Shown here: in pieces, positions 39,800-52,182 of the stretch | Layout: every line of letters begins with the position of its first letter | Numbering within the stretch: position 1 is the stretch's first letter | NCBI GenBank assembly: GCA_000708835.1 | Contig: DF237420.1 | Span: forward strand, 1-64,000 | Direction: 5' to 3' | DNA from: Klebsormidium nitens | Lineage: Eukaryota > Plantae > Klebsormidiophyceae | DNA length: 64,000 bases | Notes under the pieces: generated by a model | The model's database searches: none | Seen by the model: the letters and a program-made list of their open reading frames with translations, nothing else | What the model was told of the DNA's origin: nothing | Made by a program: the position numbers and the translations under genes

Positions 39800-42700
39800 T
39801 CACATGGCCTTCTTCTTCTGTCCAACGGTGGGAGGCGCTTTGGCGGCAGACTTTTCGGCGCCCTTCAGAACGTCGGCAGGACGAGGGATCCCCCTGAAAG
39901 CTCAAACAAATCAAAAGCGTTAGCACGCTAACCAGCGTGCAACCGGGCCGGGTTGGGCGCCTACCTCCATCTGCCTTGAAAGATAAACGGCAGAACCGGA
40001 AATTAAGGCAGGGTCCTAAGGTTCAACCTGAAGGCTTATTCGAGAAAAATTCAGAACCGTTCTGCGTTTCATGTCTGTAGAAAGACACGCTCGTCGGCAG
40101 CTTCGAAAGGGAAAGGGATCCGATGTCATCCGCCAGGTCAGACGATCCACATCTTGCCCAGCAAGTAACCCCTTTTCTCGATGTTCGTCTCGACGCATCG
40201 TCTCGATTTGGAGCTGAACAAGAGAGGAAGAAAAGTGAGAACGACTTCTTACGTCACCACGTGGAAGACGTAGTCGATCGGGGCGGTGCAATCCAGGGGC
40301 AGTCCCGTGAACTCCGAAGCGAGCGCTTGGGCCACCTACATACGGAAGACGAAACCCTTCAAGAGATATGCATCTCTGATCTGGCAATTACAGCTCGTAC
40401 GTATGGCGGTTTTAAGAACGCCGCTGATCTTCCGGTTCCATTAGCTCACTCCCAAAAAACCATGGGTTAAGTCTCCCCGTTCACAACACGCAGATTGGTC
40501 TCGTGTCGCGGCTTGGGGCCAGCTTGATTATGATGGGCGTAAACAACTCCCTGTCCCACCGCCGTTACGCTGTTGACAATTACCCCTAGCTCGTCCTAAA
40601 TCTCGTAACAGAGCAACAATCACGCGTTTGTGGGTTCTATGCAGTGCCTCAGAATCGCGAACGTTCCTGGGCCCTTCTGAAACCATGTGAGTACAGTACG
40701 TTGAGGTGAGCCCTGCAACGACGACAACACGTGTTGGGCGGTGATGTCACAACCTGCTTATTCTGGGGCCCCTTAACCTCGCATCCAAGATGTTCTTTTC
40801 GAAGGAGCTCTTAGAAGGGGAGAGCGTATGGTATATCGTCGACTTCCGCAAACTTCGCACCTAAGGACTTGCAGACTGGCCGTGCAACATCTTGGGTGCG
40901 AGTTCAAGGTTCCCGAAATCAATAAAAACCTTTCACCTCAAAGAAGCTCACCAGGAAAGTGATGCCAAGGGCTTCGGCCACGTCTTGGGGCAGAATAGGG
41001 AGCCAGTGGACGGTCGAGAGGTACAGAAAGGCGATCACGAAAGACGACCACGTGTTCCTGTCAGAAAAAATCAGATTCCCTTTTTCGTGCGTCGGCCGCA
41101 GCGATTCAATAGAAGAAAAGCAATGGAACGTTTTCGGGACTGCCGGACTGATCGATAGGGATTGCCGAAGTGATCCAAAAGTCGCTTCAGGAATCAGTCG
41201 AATTATGGCAACTACCTCATCTCGACCTGCTGGGTCCATTTGAGTAAGTAAGTTCCGCTCGTTGGAGAACTCTGGGGACTATACCCTCACGGTAGATCAC
41301 CGCCTGCGACTTGCACTTCGAAGACAGAGCGGAACCCACACAGGAAGAAGCCGACGCTTGATTCCTCTCGTATATTACGTTAGGTTTCTTCACGAGGGGC
41401 TGAATTCACATTCTGCCACTGAGTTTTCTTTCATCCGAAAACGGCCGTCGCAGATCGGAAGCTCCCAGGGGAAAGAATCGCGCAAACGCGCTGGCATTCC
41501 GCTTGCGCGTAATCCGGCTCTTTGCGAAATGCACGATGAACACGCTGCATCTGGGACCTACGGCTGAATCGCAAACAGGTAGCGCCTGACGGCAGAGCTA
41601 TCCTTCTTCTGGATGCGTCACGTGCGGAAAGCTCTTACCAGGTCGGATAGGAGAACTCCATCGGCTTCCGTAAACCCATGTTATACAACACAATGTCCGT
41701 CAGATAAACGCCGCCGCAGCCCCCCAAAGTGCCCAGTAAGAGGGGCGAAACAACGACTCCTGGGGCGCAGACTTTGACGGCGTGAGTCACGCCGGCTGCG
41801 ATCGTGTGCGCTTTCAGGACGGACGAAGCGACACGGCAAGCGGCCTGCAGAGAGAAGGGGGCGACTGGAGGATATGCTATCGTGAGGTTATCGCGGAAAG
41901 GACTTGAGTAGGTGTGAAGCCAAGTCAGGAGATGCGGTTGGTCCTCGGAGATCTGAGGACATCAACTTAGGGCTTATTTCTCTCTTTCTTTTCTCTTTTA
42001 AGCTCTTTCTTTTTCCGTGGACGATACCAGCTGCATCGTAAGGGACTCAAGAACGGACAAAATCCTCAGCGCTGGACAGAACCCGGAGTCGAAGTTCCTT
42101 TCTGGCTTACGTTTCCAAATTCTGGTTAGAAGGTTCGAACAGAATTGGGGAACGAAGCTCCAAGTTGATTTTTGAGTCAAAACTTTGACATTGAACGTTA
42201 CCAAGCAGAGTCGGGTTCGGATAGGAACGGATCAGGCCAACAAGCGGCCGGAAGAGGAGAGAACGACAGGTTTGCCGCTCGAAAGCTGACTGGCTGCAAC
42301 ATAACTGGGCTGCTTGTTTTACATTAGGTTTTACAACCACACAATATCCTGCCAGGTTCTGCCTGTTCTTCGAAAGAAAGGTCCGTCTTAGCACGATTAT
42401 AAATCATGACGAAACTCCTGACATACAGGACCGCCTTCTTGCAGGAGGCAGTATCTGTCGAGTCTCAGGCAGCCATCACTCGAAACGCGCCCTGTCTTAA
42501 TATGGAAGAGCCCATTGACGTTCTCATGCAATCTCTGAGCTCAAAGGGCGTTTTAGAAAAAGACGTACCCTTGCTGGAAGGTTGTTGTAGAGCTTGAATA
42601 CGAGGTCCCCAGGGCAGTATATCATTAGGTACCAGCAGACCGAGAATATAACCAGAATGAAGTCATATTGAAGCCATACTGGGAGCTCCGCCAGAAAGAG

Positions 42701-43463
42701 ACTGGACAGAGTGCCCCCGCCAAAGCCGGCGCAGAATGCCATCCAATATCCGATGAGCCAGTACTGGTTGAAAGCCCCTCGGAAGAAGGAAGACACGAAG
42801 AGGGAGTGCATTGCGAGCATGTAGGGAAGGGGCACCCTGAAGAGAAGAAAGTTATGAGGTTGGTAAGAGCGGAATTCTTGGCCAAAGTTGATGGTACAAT
42901 TAGTGAAGGTTTGGACAAGCTTGAGCAAAGCTAGCTGTGTCAAAAGGGTAAGCAAAATTCCTGAGTGTTGTCTGCAGGAAGCTCATTTTCCAATTTATGA
43001 TTACTACCGGCGAAAAATACAGTGGTCTTCCAAAAGCTCACAAATTGGTCTGATTGCCAACGTGATGCTATCAGGGTTTGGACTCAGCTTCAAACTTCAA
43101 AGCAATGAGTTGCAATTTCTTGAGCTCCAGAATTTTCCTGTTTATATGACCAATCTGCAGAGGTGAGTGGATACCCGTCCCGGCATCCTGCGCACCACTT
43201 TACCGCCCTCTTCAAGTATTCATCAAAAAACTCACCATCACCGCATCTGCAAAAACGCAACCAATGAGCGCGCAACTCTAAACAGATAGTCGGCAGTGCA
43301 AAGATGCCAAGCGACTCTGCCCAATGCCAAGCACTCACATGCTGTATGATCGCCCAACTTTTCGAATCCCGTCATGATACGGCTCCAGGAGCTGCCTTGC
43401 TTGAGCTGCCAGCTCAGCGGTGGTGTTTGGATGCAGGAACGACCCGGTGAAAAGGGACGCCAT
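39800..43463 (-). CDS. TRIC/TMEM38-like trimeric intracellular cation channel; 6 coding exons, 293 aa
   Basis: Exons (minus) 43463-43339, 42836-42569, 41844-41639, 41057-40952, 40335-40253, 39893-39800 total 882 nt with matching phases. It has two glycine-rich repeats (AFCAGFGGGTLSSLFLAE and LGTLGGCGGVYL), WYLMIYCPGDL..KLYNNLPAR and EFSYPTW, which are typical of the TRIC family. It ends in a Lys-rich C-terminus (KKKAM). Confidence 0.8.
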
Positions 43464-45011
43464 GGAATGCCGCTATTGCAGTAAGTCGGTGCGATGAGTT
43501 TGTGTCAGTTAAACCGAGAGTAGACCCTCTTCTTGAGGAGGTTCTGATTGGAAGCTCGACTGTCTAAACCCTCCAACAAGAAGCTCGACGCACGCTCGAC
43601 GATTCTAGGATAGGCTGAAAGAGATCCGCCTAATTAGAATCAGATGATTGCATATATGGACATCTCCACAACTCCGAAGATTGAAGGATGTGACTACCAC
43701 TGGCAGTTTGCAAGGCACCTGAGTACGTACAAGTATGCTGACGGCATTGGACAAGTCTCTTCAAAGTTTCTCGGTGTTGACCGCAGCTGTGCAGGTTGAC
43801 AGCAGCTCGCCATGCCAATACTCAGTATACGCATAGCGGCTAAGTTTCAGTTAGTGGACCTTCTCAGCACTCGGGTTGAAACCAGCTTCTCTTGCCCTTC
43901 CTACTTCAATCATCTAAGAGGCGCCATATAGATGACAGCGAGCTAGAGAGCGAAGTTCATCGGATGGCTATGCGTTGATGTATAGTGGCAGAAGTAGCTA
44001 GTCTGTTAGCACAGTGAACAGACAGACTGTAACTATGAGCCGCGCCGTGTATAAACTTCCTTCCAGGTCTAGATTGCTAGCTGCCGTGACTGTGTCTCCC
44101 TTCTGTCCCTTCTCCCTTGCCGAACTGCGAAGCCATCAAGCGCCAGCTAACTGCAGCAATCAGTGCCGCCCTGCGTGCCTCATGCAGTGGGGCCACCTTC
44201 AAGTTGGCAGTGGTTTATATCGTATGCGAATACACAGTACCCATTCACGGGGGCGATTCCGGTACGAAAATGAATGATTACACGGCCGGTACACAACCGG
44301 TCGGCGGATATCGTGAGGTCAGTGATGTACGGTATCCGACGTCACCAATGATTCAACCGTTTCCCCGTATGCCCACGTAGTTAATGCTGGTCGTGACCGG
44401 ACGGACCGTTGTACCCAGATGCGCGCGGCTGGCCGCCCGCGCCGGCTGCTGAAGTTTACGAAAGTGTACCAGGTACACGTTACCCGAGCTCATGCTGTAC
44501 AGCTTTAACCCTCTGTGGCAACCTCTAATACCTACCGGTAGTTGCTCGCAGTCAGTCCCATCAACGTACCGTACCAGCGTTTAATTTCGTCAAATAATAA
44601 ATACATATATGGCCTGACGAATTTCGCTGGAAAGTTTTCTGGGCGGTAATGGACCGATAATGGTCTCCTTTGGCAGGTAACGCTAGGGATGCCGAAACCC
44701 GTAAACGTTTCATAATGAATTATGTGGCGTCGAACCTGACGAAATCAAACGCTGGTACGGTACCTTAATCCCATGCAAAGCAAGGCAGCTCAGATTCGCT
44801 ACATGACTGATGGCATCATGAGAGGCTAGCCGCTAGAGCTGAGGCTCCACTCAGAGCCGTCTTAGACTAATCAATCACTTGTATAGCCAGGCGCTGGTCT
44901 TTCTTTCACAATACCGGTAATTTCTCATTCGCTTTCCACGTATATACAAATCAGCAGTGTTCACCATGCAACCACTCCTAATTACAGGCCCGGGCTCTGT
45001 AGCAAAAGTTC

Positions 45012-45405
45012 CAGTGATCGTGGCGAAATTGTTTTCGGAAATGCGCAAACACTAATTGCTAAAGCGCAAATTCACCCTAATTGGCGAAATTGGCGAAATT
45101 CTCTGTATGCTTATGCGATTTCGGGCGCCCCAGCCTATGACTTGGTGCCAAAATGTGTGCTGGTCTGACGCTAACCCACCTATCAGCCGCCTCAAAGGTC
45201 GACTGCCCATACAAGGTCAGATGTAACTGCCATCTGAGCCCAGAATGTCATTGACACAGTTATTTTACGCCCACGCGCCTATGCGCGGCCGCGCGGCCGC
45301 GCTTAATTTCGCCAACCTGCGCAAACTGCTCCGTTTGCGCGAATATGCGCAAGCTAATGCGCAAACCTAATTGGCGAAATCAATTAGGTTTCGCCACGAA
45401 CACTG
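45012..45405. mobile_element. hAT-like non-autonomous MITE, 394 bp
   Basis: TIRs are CAGTGATCGTGGCGAAA (45012-45028) and TTTCGCCACGAACACTG (45389-45405), with 1 mismatch in 17. Subterminal repeats are TTGGCGAAAT and GCGCAAA. No perfect 8-bp TSD was found. Confidence 0.65.
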
Positions 45406-46065
45406 AGCAAAACTGTAGCAAGAAGCCTACTAAGAAAAGCAGTCTATGGACTATACGAGGCAGTCTTGACTAAGCCAGGATTGACCCGGAGTTGTATGAG
45501 CCACCAAAGCTCCGAGAGCTGGACGCAGTTTGTGGATCCAGCTTCCAAGCTTTGGTGCGGTGAACCGCAAAGAACTCCAGCGTCTTCATTGTATCTTCAG
45601 GCGGGCATGCACCAACACATATGCACCTAAGCTAAACGCCATTGGTTCTTCTACGCACCCGCGACAAACCAGGTGAGCTAAGCGCGTCCATTTGTCGAGT
45701 AGCGGGTGGAATCTGCTCTGACGCGCTGTTTCTCCAATCAGGGCGCACTTTAAGAGCTATCATTCATAGCAATTCGTTCACATTTGGAAAGATTTGAGGA
45801 TGAAAGAACGTCTAAAGGGTGGTGGATTCATATCTGGAGCTCCAGATATTCGTATCACTGTTTGGTGAGATCGCCACCCAGAAAGAACGTCCCACTAAAC
45901 GACCATATGATGGGGCACGGAGCGCATCCATATTAGGATTGCCCTCTTCTGCTTGGCTGGTGTCAACTGGCTGAAACAGAAGATATCACTCGTAATCTGT
46001 CCATGAACAATGCCGGAGCTGCTTCCACCATGATTTCCCTGTTCAGGTTCCAAAGGCGGCGCAAG

Positions 46066-49000
46066 ATGGCTGGCTTCCGACCCAATGGGAGCTTGCCAGC
46101 TGTCACGTTGGCGGTGGCGCTAGTGCTGTGCGCCAATGGGCCAACTTGGGTTGCTTCGGCAAGCCCAGCAACCAAACATGTCGAAGAAGCCCAGAAGGTG
46201 AGTGGAAACATTTTGCCTGATTTTTGGTTGCTCACTTCAAAGTGACCGTTTAAAGTTGCTGCGTTATGCCTGACCCATCAGCTCAGCTGTCACGTTTGAA
46301 TCATGCGCTCATCACGGAGGCTGGACCGTTAGTCAGAGGGAAGCTCATAAGCTTCGCAACCGGCCTACGTTTATGTTGAGGGTGACAAGCCAAGTCAGCT
46401 CAAATAGTAGAGGATATTGCATATAAAAGCAGCACGAGTTAAGGACACCTGGTTAGTCAAGCCAATAAGTTGTACTTGCCTTGCTTGCCCACCCTTAATT
46501 CAGTGGCCCAGCAGCGGTAGCGATCCGTGCTTTGATGTCCATGATCAGCCAGCCCAGTTTAGAGAGCCTGGCCAGAGTTCTACATTTTCAAAAGTCGGCC
46601 AACTCACTGGGAGATCATATCTGCCTTCATGGAGACTTCATCTTGCTCGATATGAACGATCCGAAGTGCCCACCGTATCTGCAGGACCTTACCGAGTGGA
46701 TCTCGAAGCTGTGGCGAGAGTTGCACCAATATCCGGAGCTCGCATACCAGGTACGGTGGGCATACCAGATCCGATCCACCTTCGATGCATTCGCACTTAT
46801 GTTGCAGTTTCGAACATGAAAGTCGGAGCACTCTTGTAGGGGTTAAAGATGAACAGCATGGCGCAAATGCCTCTCTGCAACCTCATGCAGACCGTTTCCA
46901 GGCCTGTACAAGTGGGTAAACTCTTTTGCAGATTCTTCTGTTTGTTTTCGGGAAGTGGCTCTTTTCCTGGTTTCTTCGAACTCGTCTCCGGGTACGCGCC
47001 TATGACCACCCGCACGCGTATCCCCTGACTTAAGGATAAAGCTCGTTGTTTTAACTTGACTTAATGACAGCCCACACGATTTGTAGGAGGAAAAGACAAG
47101 CCGCCTCGTCCGCACAACTCTCGACTCTCTGGGCATCTCCTATACGTACCCTCTCGCCACCACGGGGCTCGTCGCAACGATCGGACGGCCGGGAGGCCGC
47201 CACGTGGCAGTCCGCGCTGACATGGACGGTCTGGCGATCACCGAAGCGACGGATCTGCCGCACAAGAGCAAAGTCGAGGGAAAGATGCATGGATGCGGGC
47301 ACGACGCGCATACTGCTATGGTGCTGGGAGCTGCCAAGCTGCTCAAAGCAAAGGAAGCGGAGCTCCAGGGGCAGGTGTGGCTGGGTCAATCTCGATTATA
47401 GTATATACTCCCTTTCTAGTTCTATTTCCATGCTCTGCTCTTCTGTTTCTCAGACTAGTGCTTCAAAGGCTGTCTTGATCTGCGCTTTCGCAATTCCAGA
47501 CGCATGCTAAATCTTTGCTCGGAGGAAATGCTGAAGCGCAGAGACAAAACGAGTCTTGCAGACAATACAAGGGCCATTCGCTATGCCACGACTAGAAGTG
47601 CCTCGAACTTCCAGGTTCGGGGATACGGTCCTGCATTTGATTTGCAGAAGTGCGTTCGCATGGATACCGGACGGCATGGGAGCAGCCAAGGTGTATAAGC
47701 TCAAACCGGAGCCCGAGAATAATCTCACCTCTTTCGGCCTGACGCTAGGCGCTTTGATTGCAGACCAGCACCATACCGCTTCTGCGAAACTCAATCTAGG
47801 GTCCTTGAAGTCTCGGACGAATAAATGCGACCAATTTTCGTCGATCCAGCTCTTGCTCTCAGGTTTTTACCTGAGGATGACGTCAAGCTCCAAAAGAAGT
47901 GAGCAAACAAGGAAAAAAGAGCAACGCACTCCGAATTCTCTCTTCGATCAGGTGAGCTTCGTTTTCCAACCGGCGGAAGAGGCGGGCGCCGGTGCGTACC
48001 GCATGCTTGAGGACGGGCTCTTCAAAAACGACCACGTGGATGCCATCTTCGGCCTCCACGTGGACCCTTACATGTTCACCGGGCAGGCCTCGGTGTATGC
48101 GGGCACGGTTCTAGCAAGCGCAGGCAAGATTACAGATTCTTTGGATTTTTGATATGTCGGACTTCGCGTTCGTTTTTCCCGGAATCATGCTTCTATCTCT
48201 GGAACTTTGCTTTGCGGGAATCATGCATGGTCTCGATTAGGTCTGGCTTGCGTATCTCCGCGTTGGCCTCAGGAGATGGTGGATCAATTAACACCCTCGT
48301 CCAGCGCATGAAGATTTAGCTGCTAAGAGCTATTTTACGTCCACAGATTTCAAAGGTCCGGAGACGTTCAAGGTTCAAGATTTCTCGCGCGTCTCTTCCA
48401 GTAGACGCCAATTGAATTGCACTTCATTCGTCAGCTATCACTTCTACCTGGCTAAGGTTCCAACCTCGCATCTAGTCATTTCTTGGACCTTGAGAGCAAA
48501 TGAAGGTATTACTTAGGGGGTAATCAGGACTATTCGGAGGCGGCATGAGAAACATCATGAAGAGCCCGCCACCTTGGAAAGAGTGGGGTCATTTGGGGGG
48601 TTAGGGTGTGCTAGTACGAATGTTGAAAGGTTGAGTTGGGTTTGTAGTGTTCCAAAAGTCCTATCATACCTGAAGCTTACCATTCCTGAAGCTTATTAGT
48701 CCTCCTCATCATTGACGCAGGCACGTTTAAAGTGACGCTGACGGCAACCGGCGGCCACGGTGCGTGGCCGCATCTGACAGCAGACACAGTCGTAGCCGGG
48801 GCGTCGATTGTTCTCATGTGAGCCACGTGTAGAGAGCAGGAATGAGCTGGAAACGTGCTCGTAGATTTTTGATTTCTATTTCAAAGAGGGCGTCTAACCT
48901 TGAGGTTCCGCGGCGGGTTTTCGCAGAGAATCCTGTCCTTGTGTCGCCAAGAAATCAAGCGCGTGATACGGGGTTTAGCGACCCGGACGGGCATACGGAC

Positions 49001-52000
49001 TTTATGGTCGCAGGAGTCAGAGTACGACGCCCCCATAAAGAACCTCGCGCTCGCTCACTCAGGTTTCCTTCTCCTCTCAAATTGTGCGTCTGCTGTCCTC
49101 AAGTCCCAGTCTGCCCTTTAAGCTGCCTTCTTTGCGGATTTTGTCGCCTTTGGCATCTCGTTTCTCCGGCGTTTGAAGTGAGAGCTTGTTCTGATTTGGC
49201 GGATGGCCGCCTCAACTTCGGCCTCTGCTGATGATGCCATAGAGTGCGCGTATCTATTCTCGTGAAGTACCACTGCAATGCGTCGTCATTTCGGGGTAGC
49301 ATTCTGCACGGAAGATTCCTGAGTTACGCATGGTGCTAGCAAACCGGCCGCATCAGAGGACCTACAGATCAAAAATACCAGTGGGCCTCGAGCATCAACG
49401 CAAGCCAAAGACCCAAGAGCTGATGTGAGTGCCCTCAAAGTCCGCATTCGAATACAAGAGACTCAGAACTTGCAAGGGTTTCATCTCCTGCCACGTGTTG
49501 AGATCGTGCAGGCTTCAGACGCTCATCTCGCGGCGGCTGAGCGCTCAGGAGGCGGGCGTGGTGTCGGTTACGATGTTCCAGGGGGGGTCGGCGCTCAACG
49601 TGCTGCCTTCCGAGGTCGTCTTAGGTGATGCATCCCCGGGCTTTTGCACGCGCGCACAGGGCGCCTTGGAGCCGAACCAGGGCGGAACCGGAGCTTCCGT
49701 TCCGGAAAAGTGGCGGACGAACCGGCGGAGCTAGGCCCCGGTCCCAGGCTGCTGGTTTCCATTGAACATGAACCGGTTCATGAGAACCTGCTCCGAATTG
49801 CGGAAACCGGTTCGACGTGTTCACTGATAAGCGGGGTTGAACCGGGCCTAGCTCCGGTTCGTTCGTCACTTTTCCAGAGCGGAAGCTCAGGTTTGGTCCT
49901 TGTTCGGCTCTTGTTTAGAGGAAGGCGCCCTGGTTGCATATATCGGAGATTGCTGATTTCTTTCCAGCTTTCCAACGTCGTCCGCAATTTTCTTCGATCA
50001 GTTTGTCATGCCCTGTGAGACCCGGCCCTGACTGTCCTTCGTCACTGATTTGACCGGCCGAGAAAGCTTTCGCATGCATTCCATGTCGCTGCGGCCTTTC
50101 GCAACTGTAGTAAGCGGCGACAAAGATACTCGCAGGATCTGCTTTCTGGTCGCCCAACCTTGCCATGTGTCCCCGCACGGCGTCGTCAATCTGATTATTA
50201 TCGAACCGTTCGGAGTTCTGAAAGGGACCTAACCATTAGAAGCACTAGTACGGCCGAAGTACAGGAAAGCGAAGTGGGGAAGAATCTAAGGCCGCGGGAG
50301 AATCGGACTGATCCCGCCGTTACAAGATTGGTTCCAGATTCTGGAAACCAAGACGCTATCTCTTCTTGTTTGCTATGATCAATGCAAATTAGCCCACTAA
50401 CTACGATATCCTTTTTGAGACGCTAGGAAAATCACCTGTGAGCATTCACGACGTACTTAGCTGATGAAGAGCTGTAGATTTCACTGAAAGCTCGAGCGAG
50501 ATTGTTAGCGGAGACTCGTCCAATGGAGATGGGTCTGATAAAGCATGCCATCGTATGCGCTTGCAGGAGGCACGTGGCGCTCGCTCAGCGTGGAAGGAAA
50601 CAAGAACCTCAAGGAGTGGATCCGTCAGATGATTCTGCAACAAGTGGGCACCTTTTCTTTTAAAACCCTTATTCTAGTCTGATAGCCTTCTTGCTTGTCG
50701 CGAATCCTGACATAGTCCAGCTATGTTGGAGGCGTTGGGCACAACCCAAGTGTTTCTCTAACAATTGCTTATAAGCATTTTAGTTTCATAGGTACGTCTT
50801 TGTTTCTCCAATTGATTATGTTACAGAAGAATACTCCCATCCTTCATCCTCTTTCAACAGACGCCTTCCCAGAACCAGAAGGTTAACGTTCTGTCCGCAC
50901 CGATGCATGCTAAGTCGATTCAGCGCTCAGCAAAGCGCTCTCTTCAGACGAATCCAATTTGTTTTCCTTATTCAACAAATTCATTTACTGGTAAGCATCT
51001 CCCTAGGACCTGAACGTCCCCAGGCGTACTCCCCAATCAGATTCTCACACCGTCAAACTAGGCTGAGCACAAAACTGCTTTCTGCAGGCCACGGTGATGG
51101 GCGTTAACGCGACGATCGATTTCTTCGACGACAAGCACCCGACGTATCCCCCGACCGTCAACGATCCCCGGGTGGCCAACTTTGCGCGGGGCGTCATTGA
51201 GAAGTGAGAGCGCCGACTACAGAATATTAGGCCGCTGTAATCGAACAAGATCAAAGCCCGATGTTTTGGCGTTCTTTTTGATATAGTGATTTGTAAGCCG
51301 GCCAGTTAACGGTAAGCATTCTGGGGTTCTCTAAAACCCTAACCCAAACATCACCGCACCCGTACCCATCCTAACCCCCTAAATAATCGTACCCGTTCCC
51401 GTCACCCTTCACTGCCTATTACTGTTCGCTACCTCGATTTGAGTTCTTATTGTCCCTTAATCCGAGCCTCGAATTCAGTAATTATTAGCCTCCTTGGCAG
51501 GCAAATTTTTCTGTGTGACACTACCCCATTGTCAATGTACGCTCATCTCTTCCTCTCTACAGAGTCCTCTCTTTCTCTCTACAGAGTCCTCGGTCCGGAA
51601 AACACCAAGGAGGGCTATCCGCAAATGGGTGCGGAAGACTTCGCCTTTTACACCGAGCGAATCCCGGCGTGCTTCTTTCTTCTGGGAGTCAGGCATGAGG
51701 ACACCGTGACACCGGGGCCGCTTCACACTCCCAGGGTGAGCGGTTCTGATCCCGACTGTTGTGAATTATACGGCGTTAACAATGGCGCGGATCGAAATCA
51801 GAAGTTGGCATCCGCCCATCACGTTTGGATGCAACTGTCAACCGAAAAGCGCTTGAAGCTTCAGCCTCAGTTTGGTACATGAAGGTACACTACATGCACT
51901 TTGTTGACTAGTACAACCTCTGTTCATTCCGTTCTGGAACGCATGACGGGTTAGAGCTCTCTTATCGCTTTTGAGGACCACAAAGGGTTGAGCTCTCGTG

Positions 52001-52182
52001 CATATTGGTGGGCAGTGCAAACCTAACGAATCGGCTTCGAATTTCACTACGTGCAGTTTTCTTTGGACGAAGCTGCTCTTCCCATTGGCGCGGCCATCCA
52101 CGCCAATCTGGTTCTAGACTTCTTGAACGAGGGAAGCGGGGAAGATGGCAAGGAAACCGGGGCCGTGAAGGAAGAGCTGTAA
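46066..52182 (+). CDS. M20D amidohydrolase of the ILR1/IAR3/ILL hormone-amino acid conjugate hydrolase family; 10 coding exons, 445 aa; signal peptide and C-terminal KEEL
   Basis: Exons 46066-46197, 46685-46750, 47087-47374, 47952-48123, 48721-48817, 49512-49624, 50567-50643, 51088-51203, 51585-51735, 52057-52182 total 1338 nt. Motifs are RELHQYPEL, VRADMD, MHGCGHDAH, FQPAEE, IFGLH, GGHGAWPH, YPPTVND, MGAEDFAFY and LHTP. The hydrophobic N-terminus is LAVALVLCA and the protein ends VKEEL*. Intron 4 needs a GC donor. Confidence 0.92.
49669..49910. repeat. Intronic inverted repeat / foldback with arms of about 75 bp in amidohydrolase intron 6
   Basis: Left arm gagccgaaccagggcggaaccggagcttccgttccggaaaagtggcggacgaaccgg..gagctaggccccgg matches the reverse complement of 49840-49910 (ccgggcctagctccggttcgttcgtcacttttccagagcggaagctcaggtttggtccttgttcggctc). 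The loop contains two aaccggttc palindromes. Confidence 0.75.
51331..51470 (+). repeat. Short dispersed intronic repeat containing telobox-like aaccctaaccc; other copies at about 55435-55505 and 59790-59915 (minus)
   Basis: aaaccctaacccaaacatcaccgcacccgtacccatcctaacc aligns by eye with the reverse complement of 59860-59910 (aaccctaacccggaaacatgcatgctccgcacccatacccaccctaaccacc) and of 55435-55505. Confidence 0.5.

Noticed and set aside
48925-49061. Segment reading QEIKRVIRGLATRTG, vaguely like an M20 helix
   Set aside because: It is out of order relative to the domain, and the hydrolase frame closes without it.
51331-51350. Telomere or interstitial telomeric array
   Set aside because: Only one or two telomere-like units are present. 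It is treated instead as part of a short dispersed repeat.
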